From positions 32,001-96,000 of the forward strand of contig CBDDCX010000004.1 of the NCBI GenBank assembly GCA_965226375.1: a stretch of DNA of 64,000 bases, given 5' to 3'. Positions 39,430-48,910 of the stretch are shown one piece after another; position 1 is the stretch's first letter, and every line of letters starts with the position of its first letter. Position numbers and translations under genes: made by a program. Under the pieces are notes generated by a model that ran no database searches, had not been told where the DNA came from, and saw only the letters and a program-made list of their open reading frames with translations. The DNA comes from Longimicrobiales bacterium (lineage in GTDB: Bacteria > Gemmatimonadota > Gemmatimonadetes > Longimicrobiales > Gaopeijiaceae).

Positions 39430-40305
39430 ATGTCAGGTCAGAGGCGTGTAACCTTGTCGCCAGGTAAGAACGACGGCGATGCCGTCACGAATCTCTCGAG
39501 ACGCGACGTGGTGAAGATGACTGCCGGTGCCGGTGCTTACCTAGCGCTCAGTGGTTGTGGCATCTCCGAAGTCACTGCGGGGCTGGTCACCAAGCCCATT
39601 CCGTCCTCGGGAGAACAGATACCAGTCATTGGCATCGGAACCGCCCGGGACCGCTTCACCCTGGACCTGCCCCCTGAAGACATTGCGATGCGCAAGCAGG
39701 TGTTCCAGGAGTTCACAGCCATGGGTGGCCGCATGCTCGACGTGTACATAGGCGAGGACACCGAGACCCTGTGCGGTGATTTGATTCAGGAACTGGGCAA
39801 CCGCGACCAATTCTTCATCGCCACGAAGGAGGATGTCGGTCCGGCGGTCCGTGACGGTGCCGATCCTCGGGAAGCCGGCATGGACCGGATGAACGCATCC
39901 TTTCGCCGTTTCAACACCGACGTCATCGATCTGATGCAGATCCCGAACCTGACGGACTGGGAAAACCAACTGCCGATCCTGCGTGAGGGGAAGCAAGAGG
40001 GTCGCTTCCGATACATCGGCGTGACCGTGTGGAGAAACGCCCAGCACGAGGCCCTCGAGTCGGTGATGCGGCGGGAAGACCTGGATTTCGTGCAGCTCGA
40101 CTACTCCCTTGAGGACCGCCAGTCCGAAGAGCGCCTGTTGCCCCTGGCCGCCGACCGAGGTATGGCCGTAATGATCAACGTGCCTTTCCGCCGCGGCCTC
40201 GTCTTCCAGCGCCTGGGCGAGCGGGAATTGCCTGGTTGGGCCACTGAGCTGGGGACGGGCGCCCCCGGGGCCCGATCACCAATGCCCGCATCCATAACGC
40301 AATGA
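39430..40305 (+). pseudogene. Aldo/keto reductase with a Tat signal, C-terminally truncated
   Basis: SRRDVVK signal, PIPSSGEQIPVIGIGT, IDLMQI, GRFRYIGVT, DFVQLDYS; similarity stops after ELPGWATELG and the final barrel elements are missing. Confidence 0.7.
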
Positions 40306-40985
40306 TGCGGGCCTCCGAGGCGCTGGATGCGGTGATCCGCCGAGAGCGGGCGTGGTTGGACCTCAATGCTTTGAGGCTTTACACCCATCCAGGATTCCGC
40401 TTGGTCTTCACGGAATTCTTGGTGCGGGTGTATCACGGAATGCACACGGCCACGGCGTTGATGGAGGCGGCCCGGATTCGCAGTGCCGTTCTGGCAACGG
40501 CGTGTCCGGTTGCGGCCCGTCTGGTACCCTATTGGGATAAGCACATCCGGGAAGAAGCGGGGCACGACGAATGGCTTCTGGATGACATGCGGGGGCTCGG
40601 CATGGACGTGGATGGCCTTCTGGGCGTGCCGCCGACTCCGGACGTGGCCGAACTGATGGGAACGCTCCACTTCTGGGTGCTGCACACCCACCCGGTAGCC
40701 GCCGTCGGCTACTTCTACTTCGTCGAGCGCAATGTGCCTAATACGGAGACCGTCGATTACATGGCACGCGCGGCGGGTATCGAGCCCACGCATCTGAAGA
40801 CGTTCCACCGACACGCGGCGATCGATGTAGCTCATGGGCATGAACTGGAGGAGCTCGTCGACAGCCTGCCACTCACGGCCCAACATCGGGATCTTCTGGC
40901 CGTGGCTACTTCGACGGTGATCCGCCAGATCGGCAGGCGAACGGAGGCACTTCTCCTCCGGGCGGAGCAAGCCGCCGCGTCCTAG
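40302..40985 (+). CDS. Heme-oxygenase-like diiron (iron-containing redox enzyme, PqqC/CADD-like) protein
   Basis: HIREEAGHDEWLLDD, GYFYFVE and HAAIDVAH metal-ligand pattern. Confidence 0.82.
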   Translation: MMRASEALDAVIRRERAWLDLNALRLYTHPGFRLVFTEFLVRVYHGMHTATALMEAARIRSAVLATACPVAARLVPYWDKHIREEAGHDEWLLDDMRGLGMDVDGLLGVPPTPDVAELMGTLHFWVLHTHPVAAVGYFYFVERNVPNTETVDYMARAAGIEPTHLKTFHRHAAIDVAHGHELEELVDSLPLTAQHRDLLAVATSTVIRQIGRRTEALLLRAEQAAAS

Positions 40986-41051
40986 CGAGTGGGCTCCGCT
41001 TCTCCACGACACCAGAGCAAATCAGCGATCCCTCAACTTTCGGTGGCTCCC

Positions 41052-41537
41052 ATGAAGTCGACTTTGATTCAACTCTCGATGTTCAGTCTGATCCTTCTTT
41101 TCCCCTCGCTTGGCGAAGCCCAGACGCTCGCCGAGCTCGATGCCTACTGGGCCGAGGTGACCCGGACGGTCGAAGAGGGTGATTTCGAGGGTTATAGCCG
41201 CCTCTATCATCCCGATGCAGTTCTGGTCTCTTCGGGATCGGGGGCCAGCCATCCGATTTCGCAGGCACTCGTGGGATGGGAGAAGGACTTCGACGCTACG
41301 CGCCAGGGAAAGGCCCGATCCAGCGTCACGTTCCGTTTCACTCAGCGGCTTCATGACGAGACCACCGCGCACGAGTCAGGGATGTTCCGCTACACGGCCA
41401 AGCTCGAGGACGGAAGTGAGACGGTCGGCACGGTCCATTTCGAGGGACTGCTGGTGCGGAAAGACGGGGTTTGGCTGATGGTGATGGAGTACCAAAAGCA
41501 GCCGGCCACGGACGAGGAGTGGGAGATGGTGAACTGA
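41052..41537 (+). CDS. NTF2/DUF4440-like exported protein
   Basis: Signal peptide; EGDFEGYSRLYHPDAVLV, FRFTQRLHDETTAHESGMF, WLMVMEYQK. Confidence 0.8.
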   Translation: MKSTLIQLSMFSLILLFPSLGEAQTLAELDAYWAEVTRTVEEGDFEGYSRLYHPDAVLVSSGSGASHPISQALVGWEKDFDATRQGKARSSVTFRFTQRLHDETTAHESGMFRYTAKLEDGSETVGTVHFEGLLVRKDGVWLMVMEYQKQPATDEEWEMVN

Positions 41538-41582
41538 CGCTCCCTCGACGGTTGCACCGCCAGTGTGCCGGTCGGTGGGACC

Positions 41583-42062
41583 TCAGGGTGCGAGGGAAGC
41601 GATCAGCAGGTCGACGTTTTCGGTTACCTGGCAGTATTCTAGATCGAAGTTGCCGCACTCCCCGACCTCGAAGAGCCTGGTTCCATACGGCTCACCCGAT
41701 GCGATCCACGTGTTGAAGGCGTCGTCCGTCCTGGTGGAGGTGAGCCATGCGACCACTCGCCAACCGGGGCGGGTGGTGGTCCCTATGGGGCTTATTCTTT
41801 GCAGGGTGTAGTCGTGCGGAAAGGTCAGCCCCTCTAGTGGTTCGATGAGCCAAAGATCGTCGAGTGGATCTGCAGGAGGGGCCGGCGACATCGAGACGTT
41901 CCAGGGAGTGTCGCTCGGGTACGCACGCATGACGAGCGTGGCGTAGCTGCTCAAATCAATGTCGGAAGCCAGCGAAAGCTGCCCGCTCGCACCGGGGCTT
42001 GCCGGGTCACATGCCTGGGAGAAAAGGACCAGGGGGACGAGAATCAGGTGTGCGCAGCGCAT
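41583..42062 (-). CDS. Hypothetical lipoprotein
   Basis: GGAG RBS, lipobox SQAC, 159 aa, Cys pair near the C-terminus. Confidence 0.6.
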   Translation of the reverse strand: MRCAHLILVPLVLFSQACDPASPGASGQLSLASDIDLSSYATLVMRAYPSDTPWNVSMSPAPPADPLDDLWLIEPLEGLTFPHDYTLQRISPIGTTTRPGWRVVAWLTSTRTDDAFNTWIASGEPYGTRLFEVGECGNFDLEYCQVTENVDLLIASLAP

Positions 42063-42096
42063 GTTGGTCTCCAGGCTGAGCTGCCGACGTCTGACG

Positions 42097-42218
42097 AGCC
42101 GACGAGCCCTTAAGCACGATTCTAGCTCTAGCCATGGAGCCTGGGCAAACAGAGTGCCCGTAGAGCGTTCGCTTGCTGCTGGAGTAGGTAGGCCGCATGT
42201 TAAGCTGCATGTTCGGCT
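42097..42218 (+). other. Degenerate attC-like site
   Basis: Right arm GTTAAGC-TGCAT-GTTCGGC; imperfect left arm AGCCGACGAGCCCTTAAGCACG; inner stems GCTCTA/TAGAGC and GGGCA/TGCCC. Confidence 0.45.
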
Positions 42219-42277
42219 GGCAGCAGTTCTTCGCAGTTCACCGCTGATCGTCGGGCGCTGCGATCAAGCTCCGTTTC

Positions 42278-43018
42278 ATGATCCGTTGGATCCCTCTTGT
42301 GGTGCTCTGCGCTCCTGCGGTGGCTACCGCTCAGGCCGCGGACCTGGAGCAGGGCAAGCAGCTCTTCGAGAGCCTATGCGGCAGCTGCCACGGGCCTTTG
42401 GGCAACGGCGGAAGAGGCGCAAACCTCGCACAACCGCGGCTGCGCCACGCGACGGACGATCAGGCTCTCCAGAACGTCATCCGTCGTGGGATCCGCGGTA
42501 CGGAGATGCCGAGGCACACCTTCCTCAACCCGGGTAAGCTCGCGAGTGTTGCGGCCTACGTGAAAACGCCCGGCCGCGTGGCGCCGGAGCAGATCCCCGG
42601 GAATGCGAGCCGAGGCGAGACGGTCTACACGTCGCTCGACTGCGCGATGTGCCACACTGTTGGTGGCCAGGGAGGTATTGTCGGACCTGTCCTCGACGAG
42701 ATCGGCGCGCGCCGAAGCGCAGCCCACATCAAGGCCGCGCTCATCGAGCCCGAGGCCTTTACGCCAGAGGGTTATCTCCAGCTCAGGGCCGTCACGAAGG
42801 AGGGCGTTGCTCTGACCGGGATGCGGATAAATGAGGCCGGGTTCTCGGTTCAGTTCCGGGACTTTTCGGAGGGGCTCCACTCCTTCTGGAAGGATGAGCT
42901 CGACGTTCTCGAAAAGCAGTGGCAGCGCTCGCCCATGGCGAGCTACGAGGGGAGACTGACGTCCGAGCAGATGGACGATCTGGTCGCCTATCTGGTATCG
43001 CTCAAGGGATCGACATGA
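42278..43018 (+). CDS. Di-heme c-type cytochrome
   Basis: CGSCH and CAMCH motifs; signal peptide; ATGA-coupled to the PQQ dehydrogenase. Confidence 0.88.
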   Translation: MIRWIPLVVLCAPAVATAQAADLEQGKQLFESLCGSCHGPLGNGGRGANLAQPRLRHATDDQALQNVIRRGIRGTEMPRHTFLNPGKLASVAAYVKTPGRVAPEQIPGNASRGETVYTSLDCAMCHTVGGQGGIVGPVLDEIGARRSAAHIKAALIEPEAFTPEGYLQLRAVTKEGVALTGMRINEAGFSVQFRDFSEGLHSFWKDELDVLEKQWQRSPMASYEGRLTSEQMDDLVAYLVSLKGST

Positions 43019-44610
43019 GAGGATTCACGCTGAAGGCGCTCTTTCTCCTGTTGCTAGCCACGGTACCCCTGTCCGCCCAGGTCCCCTATGAGCGGATCCT
43101 CAACGCCTCGTCCGAGCCAGGAAGCTGGCTGACCTACTCCGGCTCGTACGGAGCACAGCGCTATTCGACGCTGGACCAGATCCACCGTGACAATGTGGAC
43201 GAGCTTCAGCCCGCTTGGGTCTACCAGACCCGATCGACTCAGAAGTTCGAGGTGTCGCCGCTCGTCGTCGACGGCGTCATGTACATCACCGAGCCGCCGA
43301 GTGATGCTACGGCTCTCGACCTACGCACCGGGCGTCCAATCTGGAGTTACCGTCGCTCGCTCCCCGAGGGCATCGTGACGTGTTGCGGCCAGGTGAACCG
43401 CGGAGTGGCCCTCCTCGACGATCAGGTCTTCCTGGGGACCGTCGATGCCCATCTGGTCGCGCTCGACGCGCGCACCGGCCGGGTAAATTGGGATATCGAG
43501 GTAGCCGACTTCTCGGGCGGGTATGCGATCACCGTCGCGCCGCTCGCGCTGAAAGACAAGATCATCGTGGGCATCGCCGGCGGCGAGTACGGCATCCGCG
43601 GATTTCTCGACGCCTACGATCCGATCACGGGCGATCGGCTCTGGCGCTTCTGGACGGTGCCCGGGCCGGGCGAGCCCGGTCACGACACCTGGGCCGGAGA
43701 CAGCTGGGAACGGGGCGGGGCCCCCACCTGGGTGACCGGCACCTACGATCCCGAGTTCGACCTTCTCTATTGGGGAACGGGCAACCCGGGCCCCGACTTC
43801 ATCGGCGAGGTGCGCGAGGGCGACAACCTCTTTTCCGAGTCCCTACTCGCGCTCGATCCCGACACCGGGGAGCTGCAGTGGTATTTCCAGTTTCTCCCGC
43901 ACGACATCCACGACTACGACTCCACGCAGATTCCCGTGCTCGTCGACGCGGAATTCGAGGGCGAGCCCCGGAAGCTCGTGTTGTTCCCGAACCGGAACGC
44001 CTTCTACTACGTGATCGACCGGGTCACGGGCGAGTTCCTGGTCGGGAAGCCGTTCGCAAGGCAGAACTGGGCTTTTGGGCTGGACGAGAACGGCCGGCCC
44101 ATCGAGAACCCCGCGACGATCCCCAGCTACGAGGGCGCGCTCGTCTATCCCGACGACGACGGGGCCGCCAACTGGTACAGCCCCAGCTATAGCCCGCAGA
44201 CCAACCTCATCTACCAGAACGTCCGCGAGAAGGGGGCCACCTACTACCTCTCCGACGCGAACTAGGAGCCGGGCAAGATCTACATGGGTGCCAGCCGGCG
44301 CATCGTTGCGGGAGAGGATCCCCGGGGATTCCTGCGTGCCCTCGATGCCATGACGGGTGATCTGGTCTGGGAGATCGAGGTGCACACGCCACCCTGGGGC
44401 GGACTCATGTCCACCGCGGGCGGGTTGGTGTTCTCCGGGACCATCGAGGGCGACTTCTTTGCTGCGGACGCGGCGAGCGGAGACGTTCTCTGGCGATTCC
44501 AAACGGGGGGGCGGGTCTACGCCAACCCGATCACATATATGAGCGAGGGCCGGCAGTTCATCGCCATCGCGGCAGGCAGCGGACTCTTCACGTTCGCGCT
44601 GCCGGAATGA
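43015..44610 (+). pseudogene. PQQ-dependent alcohol-type dehydrogenase interrupted by one in-frame TAG (44263-44265)
   Basis: TCCGQVNRG, GGEYGIRG, WGTGNP, HDIHDYD and W-motif propeller repeats; frame continues past TAG (EPGKIYMG...STAGGLVF...ANPITY). Confidence 0.85.
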
Positions 44611-44652
44611 CCGTAACGAACCCGTACGATTCCTTCTCTCTGGAGAGGTACC

Positions 44653-45909
44653 ATGAGCAGCAACTCTGTATCCCGCCGCCGCTTCCTGCAGAGCGCCGGT
44701 GCGGCAGCCGTCGTCGGCCCCGCGGCCGCTCTTGTCAGCCCGACGTCAGTGAAGGGCTACACATCAGGCGAGATGCACGCCCTCGGCTCCGAGGGGCTGA
44801 AGGAAGTCGACGTGTCGAAGTGGGATCTCGACACACCGGCTCTTCTGGTCGATCTCGACGGACTCGAGGCGAACCTGGCCACCATGCAGCAGACGGTACA
44901 GCGTAACGGGATCGCGAGTCGTCCCCACGCGAAGACGCACAAGACTCCCGCGATCGCACGGCTTCAGCTCGCGAGCGGCTCCGTTGGCATCTGCACCGCC
45001 AAGGTCGGCGAGGCCATCGTGATGTACGAGCACGGCATCGACAAGATCCTCATGACGACGACCAACGTCACGCCGCACAAGATCGAACGGGCGATGGGTC
45101 TGAGCAGGTGGTGCCCCGGATTCGTGCAGGCGACCGACACCCCCATGAACGCGCGTCTCCTTTCCGAGGCGGCAGAGGCGGTCGGCATCGTGGCCGATGT
45201 GGTGGTCGACGTGGCCGCCGGGCAGCGCACCGGCATTCCCCCGGGGCAGCCCGCCCTCGAATTGGCGCAACTGATCGACCAGCTGCCCGGGCTCCGGCTG
45301 CGCGGAATGCTGTGCTACGACGGCGGGGCGCAGCACGTGAAGGGGTTCGATGCCCGCAAAACTCGAGCGCTCGAACGACTCGTGCCGGCCTCAGAGACGT
45401 TCGCTCTGATGCAGCGATCGGGTTTGAACACGGAGATCTTCAGCGGTGGAGGCACCGGCACCTACAACATCGACCACGAGACGTCGGGCGTTACCGACGT
45501 TCAGGTGGGCAGTTATGTGTTCTTGGACGCTCAGTACCTGGGGATCGGCGGGGAGACCAACGCCGAGGTGTATACGGACTTCCAGCCATCTCTGACCATC
45601 CTCACCACGGTGCTCAACGATCGATACGAAGGGCGAGCCACGACCGACGCGGGCGCCAAGGCGTGCACCATCAACCGGCCGTGGCCGATCGTCAAAGGCG
45701 AGACCGGAATGAGCTATACATCGGGCTCGGACGAGTTCGGCACGCTCCGTTACGAGGACCCGTCGAGGACCTACAAGGTGGGAGACAAACTCGAGGTGAT
45801 CGTGTCGCACTGCGACCCGGTGGTGAATCTCTACGATCAGATGTATGCGATTCGGAACGACCGGGTGGAGGCCGTGTGGCGGATCGCGGCGCGGGGGATA
45901 TCCGTTTAG
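44653..45909 (+). CDS. DSD1 / D-threonine aldolase family PLP enzyme (alanine racemase fold) with a Tat signal
   Basis: DTPALLVD, RPHAKTHK, SGGGTGT, QVGSYVFLD, SDEFG, HCDPVVNLYD; SRRRFLQ signal. Confidence 0.88.
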   Translation: MSSNSVSRRRFLQSAGAAAVVGPAAALVSPTSVKGYTSGEMHALGSEGLKEVDVSKWDLDTPALLVDLDGLEANLATMQQTVQRNGIASRPHAKTHKTPAIARLQLASGSVGICTAKVGEAIVMYEHGIDKILMTTTNVTPHKIERAMGLSRWCPGFVQATDTPMNARLLSEAAEAVGIVADVVVDVAAGQRTGIPPGQPALELAQLIDQLPGLRLRGMLCYDGGAQHVKGFDARKTRALERLVPASETFALMQRSGLNTEIFSGGGTGTYNIDHETSGVTDVQVGSYVFLDAQYLGIGGETNAEVYTDFQPSLTILTTVLNDRYEGRATTDAGAKACTINRPWPIVKGETGMSYTSGSDEFGTLRYEDPSRTYKVGDKLEVIVSHCDPVVNLYDQMYAIRNDRVEAVWRIAARGISV

Positions 45910-45920
45910 ATAAGCGGAAG

Positions 45921-46973
45921 GTGCGGCCCTCCGCGACGTTGCGGGCCACGGTCTGTGCGGCCGTGCGCGCGGCCGTGCTGTCCCTGGCGGCTGTGGCCCT
46001 GCTCGCCGTTCCGTCGGCCGCCCAGACGGTCCGGATCGTCCAGACGAACGCGGCTGGGGACAACGTCCACCTGATCGACCCGAGCACCAACGAGGTCGTG
46101 AAGGTGATCCTGGGCATCCCGATCCCGCACGGAGTCACGTCCCGACCCGACGGGAGTGTGCTCTACTTCAGCAACGAGGTCGACCGCACTCTCGACGTGG
46201 TTCCCACCAGCAGCTACCGGGTCACACAGCAGATCCCCCTCACGGGCCGGCCCAACAACATCTCCATCACGCCCGACGGCCGGAAGCTGTACGTAGCCAT
46301 CACGGGGGCGGACGCATTCGTAGATGTCATCGACCTGGAGGCCGGGCGGGTCGTGAAGAGCATCCGGACCCTGGGCGGGGTGCACAACGTCTTTGTCACC
46401 CCCGACGGTCGGCACGTGGTGGCCGGGATGATCGGCGCCCGGACGTTGACCGTGGTCGATACCGAGACGGACGAGCCGGTCTGGTCCGTGCACTTCAACG
46501 GCGGCGTGCGCCCCATGACGTTCGAGACGAACCCCGACGGCTCGACACGGCGGATCTTCGTTCAGATCTCAGGCTTCCACGGCTTCTACGTGGTGGATTT
46601 CGAGCAGCGAAGACTAGTCAGGAAGATCGCGCTGCCTGAACTCCCGCTCTCCCGGGTGGACAATGACGCGCTCCAGGGCTCCCCGGCTCACGGCCTGGCC
46701 GTCTCGCCTGATGGGTCCCAGCTGTGGTCTACCAGCAAGCCCAACAACCACATCTACGCGTGGTCGCTCCCCGATCTCGAGTACCTGGGGGGAGTCGAGG
46801 TGGGACATCATCCCGACTGGCTCACGATGACGCCCGACAGTCGGTACATCTACTCCGCCAACGCGGGCTCGAACGACGTGTCCGCGGTCGACACCCGGAC
46901 CCTGACGGAAGTCGCTCGGATACGGGTGGGGCAGGTGCCCAAGCGCAATCACACCTTGGTCATCAGGGACTGA
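45921..46973 (+). CDS. YncE/YVTN family beta-propeller protein, exported
   Basis: Repeated TPDG/SPDG blades, VGHHPDWL, NAGSNDVSAVD; signal peptide. Confidence 0.85.
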   Translation: MRPSATLRATVCAAVRAAVLSLAAVALLAVPSAAQTVRIVQTNAAGDNVHLIDPSTNEVVKVILGIPIPHGVTSRPDGSVLYFSNEVDRTLDVVPTSSYRVTQQIPLTGRPNNISITPDGRKLYVAITGADAFVDVIDLEAGRVVKSIRTLGGVHNVFVTPDGRHVVAGMIGARTLTVVDTETDEPVWSVHFNGGVRPMTFETNPDGSTRRIFVQISGFHGFYVVDFEQRRLVRKIALPELPLSRVDNDALQGSPAHGLAVSPDGSQLWSTSKPNNHIYAWSLPDLEYLGGVEVGHHPDWLTMTPDSRYIYSANAGSNDVSAVDTRTLTEVARIRVGQVPKRNHTLVIRD

Positions 46974-47016
46974 TGTGCCCCACCGTGTTCTTTCAACCGG
47001 CCCCTAGGGAGACTCG

Positions 47017-47804
47017 ATGATCGAGCGCTTGTTCTTCGGGAGACTGGTTCGGGGGGACTTGTGATCAGTGAGGCGCTGGCCCGCCAACTTTGGGGTGACG
47101 AAGACCCCATCGGCCAGCGCATCGGGTTGTTCCGGCAACTCGCTTCGGACTCCGACTACGGCGAGCCGATCGATGGCACCGTGATCGGTGTGGCGGCCAA
47201 CACGCGTACCGTCTTGAGGGCGGCAGGACCCACCGAGGCCGTCTACCTGCCGATGTCCGTCCATCCGTGGCCGTCGGCCTACCTCGCCGTGCGGCCCCGT
47301 CCCGGAATGTCGGTTGTGGATGACGTGCGCTCGGCTGTGGCGGACGCTGAGGCTCAGATTCCCGTGGAGGACATCCTGCCGCTGGCGGAGCTGGCCCGCT
47401 TCTCGGTGAGTCGCGATCGATTCTTGACCACGCTCTCGGTGGTGTTCTCGGTGGTGGCGGTATTCCTGGCGTGCACCGGCACCTACGGTGTGCTGTCCTA
47501 TGCGGTCCGTAGACAGCGGCGCGATCTGGCGGTCCGGGTGGCTTTGGGCTCGGGGCGGAGAAGGGTGGTTGGGGGGGTGCTCCGGCAGGCTGCCGCCATG
47601 GTGGGGAGCGGTGTGGTGGTAGGCATCGGCACTGCGCTGGCGCTGACGCGGTTCATGGGCTCGGTCCTGTATCAGGTGAGCCCCATGGATCCCTTGGCGT
47701 TCGCCGGATCGGTGCTCGTGGTACTGTCGATGGGCCTGGTAGGGGCGTGGATACCGGCTCGACGTGCGGCGCGGGTGGATCCGATGATAGTGTTACGGGA
47801 CTAG
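47017..47804 (+). pseudogene. Remnant of an ADOP/MacB-like ABC permease with a large internal deletion
   Basis: RBS plus MIERLFFGRLVRGDL* joined out of frame to the C-terminal third (VISEALARQLWGDEDPIGQRI...YGVLSYAV...RVALG...PARRAARVDP). Confidence 0.75.
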
Positions 47805-47848
47805 CCGGCATCGTGCCGGAACCCCGCCGGCCAACACACGAGGAAACA

Positions 47849-48799
47849 TTGAAGATTGCGGTCATCGGGGCCGGTGGCGCCGGCGGATATATCGGAGCTC
47901 GATGGGCCGAAGCGGGGCTAGACGTCACACTGCTAGCTCGAGGAGCCCATCTCGAGGCGATCAACTCTCAGGGCCTCCTTCTCCACAGCCCACTCGGGGA
48001 CGCGCGCGTCGACGTACGGGCTGTCGAGAGTGCTAGGGAGGTTGGTGAGGTCGACGTCGTCGTGGTGGCGACGAAGGCGTGGCAACTGCCGCCCCTCGCC
48101 GACGTCCTGCCGCCGATGGTCGGTCCGGAAACATCGGTGTTCGGACTCCAGAACGGCGTGGAGGCGGCCGACATCCTGTCCGCGTTCGTGCCGCCTTCGC
48201 ACGTCTTGGGAGGCACCTGTCGCATTATCAGCTTTGTCGAGGGACCGGGCGTGATTCGCCACGTGGGCATCGACCCGACCCTCACGATCGGTGAGCGTGC
48301 CGGTGGCGGTGGCGGATCGTCGCGGATTCAGTCTGTCGCCGAGGCGTTGGACAATGCGCGTGGGCTGTCGGTCGAGATTACCGACGACATCGAGGCGGCA
48401 CTGTGGCGCAAGTTCCTCTTGTTCGCACCCATGAGTGGCCTGGGCTCCATCACCCAGGCGCCCATCGGAGTGTTCCGGAGCCTGGCCGAGCCGCGGTCCC
48501 TGCTTGTGAGCGCGGTGCAGGAGGTCTTCGATCTCGCGAGGGCCCGGGGGGTCGGGCTGCTTGCCGAGAGCGTCGAACAGACGCTCCAATTCATCGATGG
48601 GCTCCCCGCAGACGGCACCACGTCACTACAGCGTGATTTCAGGGACGGCGCCCGAACGGAGATCGAGGCGCTCTCGGGGGCGGTGGTTCGGTTGGCCGCC
48701 GAGGCGGGGGTCCCGGTGCCGGTTCACACGTTCTTCTACTCGGCGCTTCTACCGCTCGAGTTGAAGGCGCGCGGAGCAATCGAGTGGCCGGGGTCATGA
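47849..48799 (+). CDS. panE: 2-dehydropantoate 2-reductase (ketopantoate reductase)
   Basis: KIAVIGAGGAGG, ATKAW, LQNGV, LWRKF, SLQRD...TEIEALSG; TTG start with GAGG RBS. Confidence 0.88.
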   Translation: MKIAVIGAGGAGGYIGARWAEAGLDVTLLARGAHLEAINSQGLLLHSPLGDARVDVRAVESAREVGEVDVVVVATKAWQLPPLADVLPPMVGPETSVFGLQNGVEAADILSAFVPPSHVLGGTCRIISFVEGPGVIRHVGIDPTLTIGERAGGGGGSSRIQSVAEALDNARGLSVEITDDIEAALWRKFLLFAPMSGLGSITQAPIGVFRSLAEPRSLLVSAVQEVFDLARARGVGLLAESVEQTLQFIDGLPADGTTSLQRDFRDGARTEIEALSGAVVRLAAEAGVPVPVHTFFYSALLPLELKARGAIEWPGS

Positions 48800-48910
48800 A
48801 CGCGTAGATCCTGAGGTTACCTTGCATGCCAGCACTGGTACTGCTTGCTTCACGTGTGGTTGTTGTCTTCTCTGAACACCTCCCTTAACAGCCGACCCGG
48901 ACTGATTCGC

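Larger units (their letters stand above)
38218..42218 (+). mobile_element. Chromosomal integron (intI co-oriented with a downstream attI) with a degraded cassette-like region
   Basis: intI, attI-like site at 39390-39408, short heterogeneous ORFs and a degenerate attC at 42097-42218; right boundary uncertain. Confidence 0.6.
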
